64,000 nt of DNA from Octopus vulgaris (Eukaryota), in assembly GCA_951406725.2 (NCBI GenBank), contig OX597815.1, positions 178,622,001 through 178,686,000 on the forward strand. Direction: 5' to 3'. Below the pieces are notes generated by a model, which saw nothing but the letters and a program-made list of their open reading frames with translations, was not told the origin of the DNA and did no database searches. Shown in pieces: positions 62,938 to 64,000 of the stretch; within the stretch, counting starts at the first letter, position 1, and each line of letters opens with the position of its first letter. A program made the position numbers and the translations under genes.

Positions 62938-63618
62938 TCATCTCCAGTTGGCTATATGACACGATCTGTGTTCTTATGTTTTCAAACAAGGGAATGTAGT
63001 ACCCCCACTCAGCTCAAAACAATATCTGTGTATCATGATTTCCAGGTTATTTCCCTTCATCAGCATAGAATAATTGTCCGGCTAGAAGTGGCGCTGCCAA
63101 ATTCTCGTTCGAAATATATAGTTTTCAAAGTGACAGCTAGTCACTGATCTATAAATTAGAAAATTACTATATGTAAATCTTACAATGAGAGATATTCAGC
63201 AACAGTACTTTGTAGTAAAGATTGTTTGCCAACATAACATGGCAGTCCTGGTTTAGGACGAATGTTGCTGTAATTTAGCCCCAGGAAACATCGTCTCCAG
63301 CTATATATTTCGAACGGGAATTTGGCAGCACCACCTCTAGCCGAACAATTATTCTGTACTGAGAAGAGAAATAACTCGGAAATCGCAATACACAGACACT
63401 GTTTTGAGCTGAGTGGGGGTGCTAGATTCCCTTGTTCGAAAATATATCGACACAGACCATGTCGTACAGCCAGCTGGAGATGATGTCTCTAGGGGCTAAA
63501 TTACAGCAACATTCATCCTAAACCAGGACTGCTATGTTATGTTGGCAAACAATCTTTACTCCAAAGTACTGTTGCTGAATATCTCTCGTTGTGAGATTTA
63601 CAAATAGTAATTTTCTAA
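62938..63618. mobile_element. Permuted plus inverted repeat (A-spacer-B-A'-B') with two hammerhead remnants, PLE-like
   Basis: 62938-63121 is the reverse complement of 63301-63483, and 63155-63302 of 63473-63618. Hammerhead-like cores at 63026-63068 (-) and 63354-63395 (+). Confidence 0.7.
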
Positions 63619-64000
63619 CCAGCAGAGGTGTTTAAAAACATAGCTTCAAAAAAAAAAAAAAAAGATTGTAGCTGTACATATTAAAATAGATATTTAGCCA
63701 AATAGGGCTGAAAGTAAATAAATAACAACAATTTCAATATACAAGTTTAAATGATAAATTCATGCAGATTGAAAGAAAAATTCACAGCTGTGGAAGAATT
63801 TACAAGCACATACATGTGTACAGTTTGGTGCATATATGTATGTATATTTCTCACACACATTAGAGAGAGAAAAAATAAAGAAAGAGAGTGGAGAAGTAGA
63901 AGCAACCCAGAAGCATTAGTTTGTGATGCACCATGTGACACCATGTTAATAATATAGTTTGATAGAAGCCTTAAAACCAAACCTATGGAAGACTGGGTGT

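Overview
This is AT-rich, repeat-dense eukaryotic genomic DNA, most likely from a coleoid cephalopod (Octopus-type SINE/RTE landscape; inferred). Positions ~4.1-44.2 kb carry CDC27/APC3 on the minus strand as 18 GT-AG exons read by hand (2220 nt, 740 codons, from MLIQEPVQ to ...LVYFLIGK). The C-terminal exons fall left of the window. A probable last coding exon of an unidentified upstream gene lies at 60648-60723 (-). Introns and intergenic DNA hold 5'-truncated RTE LINE 3' ends with variable arrays of ~65-bp hairpin units, several tRNA-derived SINE families (one dimeric), piggyBac, mariner/Tc1, hAT and Helitron remnants. The most interesting signal is a set of minimal hammerhead ribozyme motifs of the Penelope-like-element (PLE) type from at least five sequence contexts. 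One family (4 insertions, 7 ribozyme copies) has the order GIY-YIG-like ORF end, tRNA-like Pol III head, hammerhead, tail, and three of its insertions are TSD-flanked foldbacks. It is a candidate Pol III-driven, ribozyme-bearing PLE/SINE hybrid. Most of the short ORFs in the supplied track are spurious. All calls were made by eye without database searches, and repeat boundaries are approximate.
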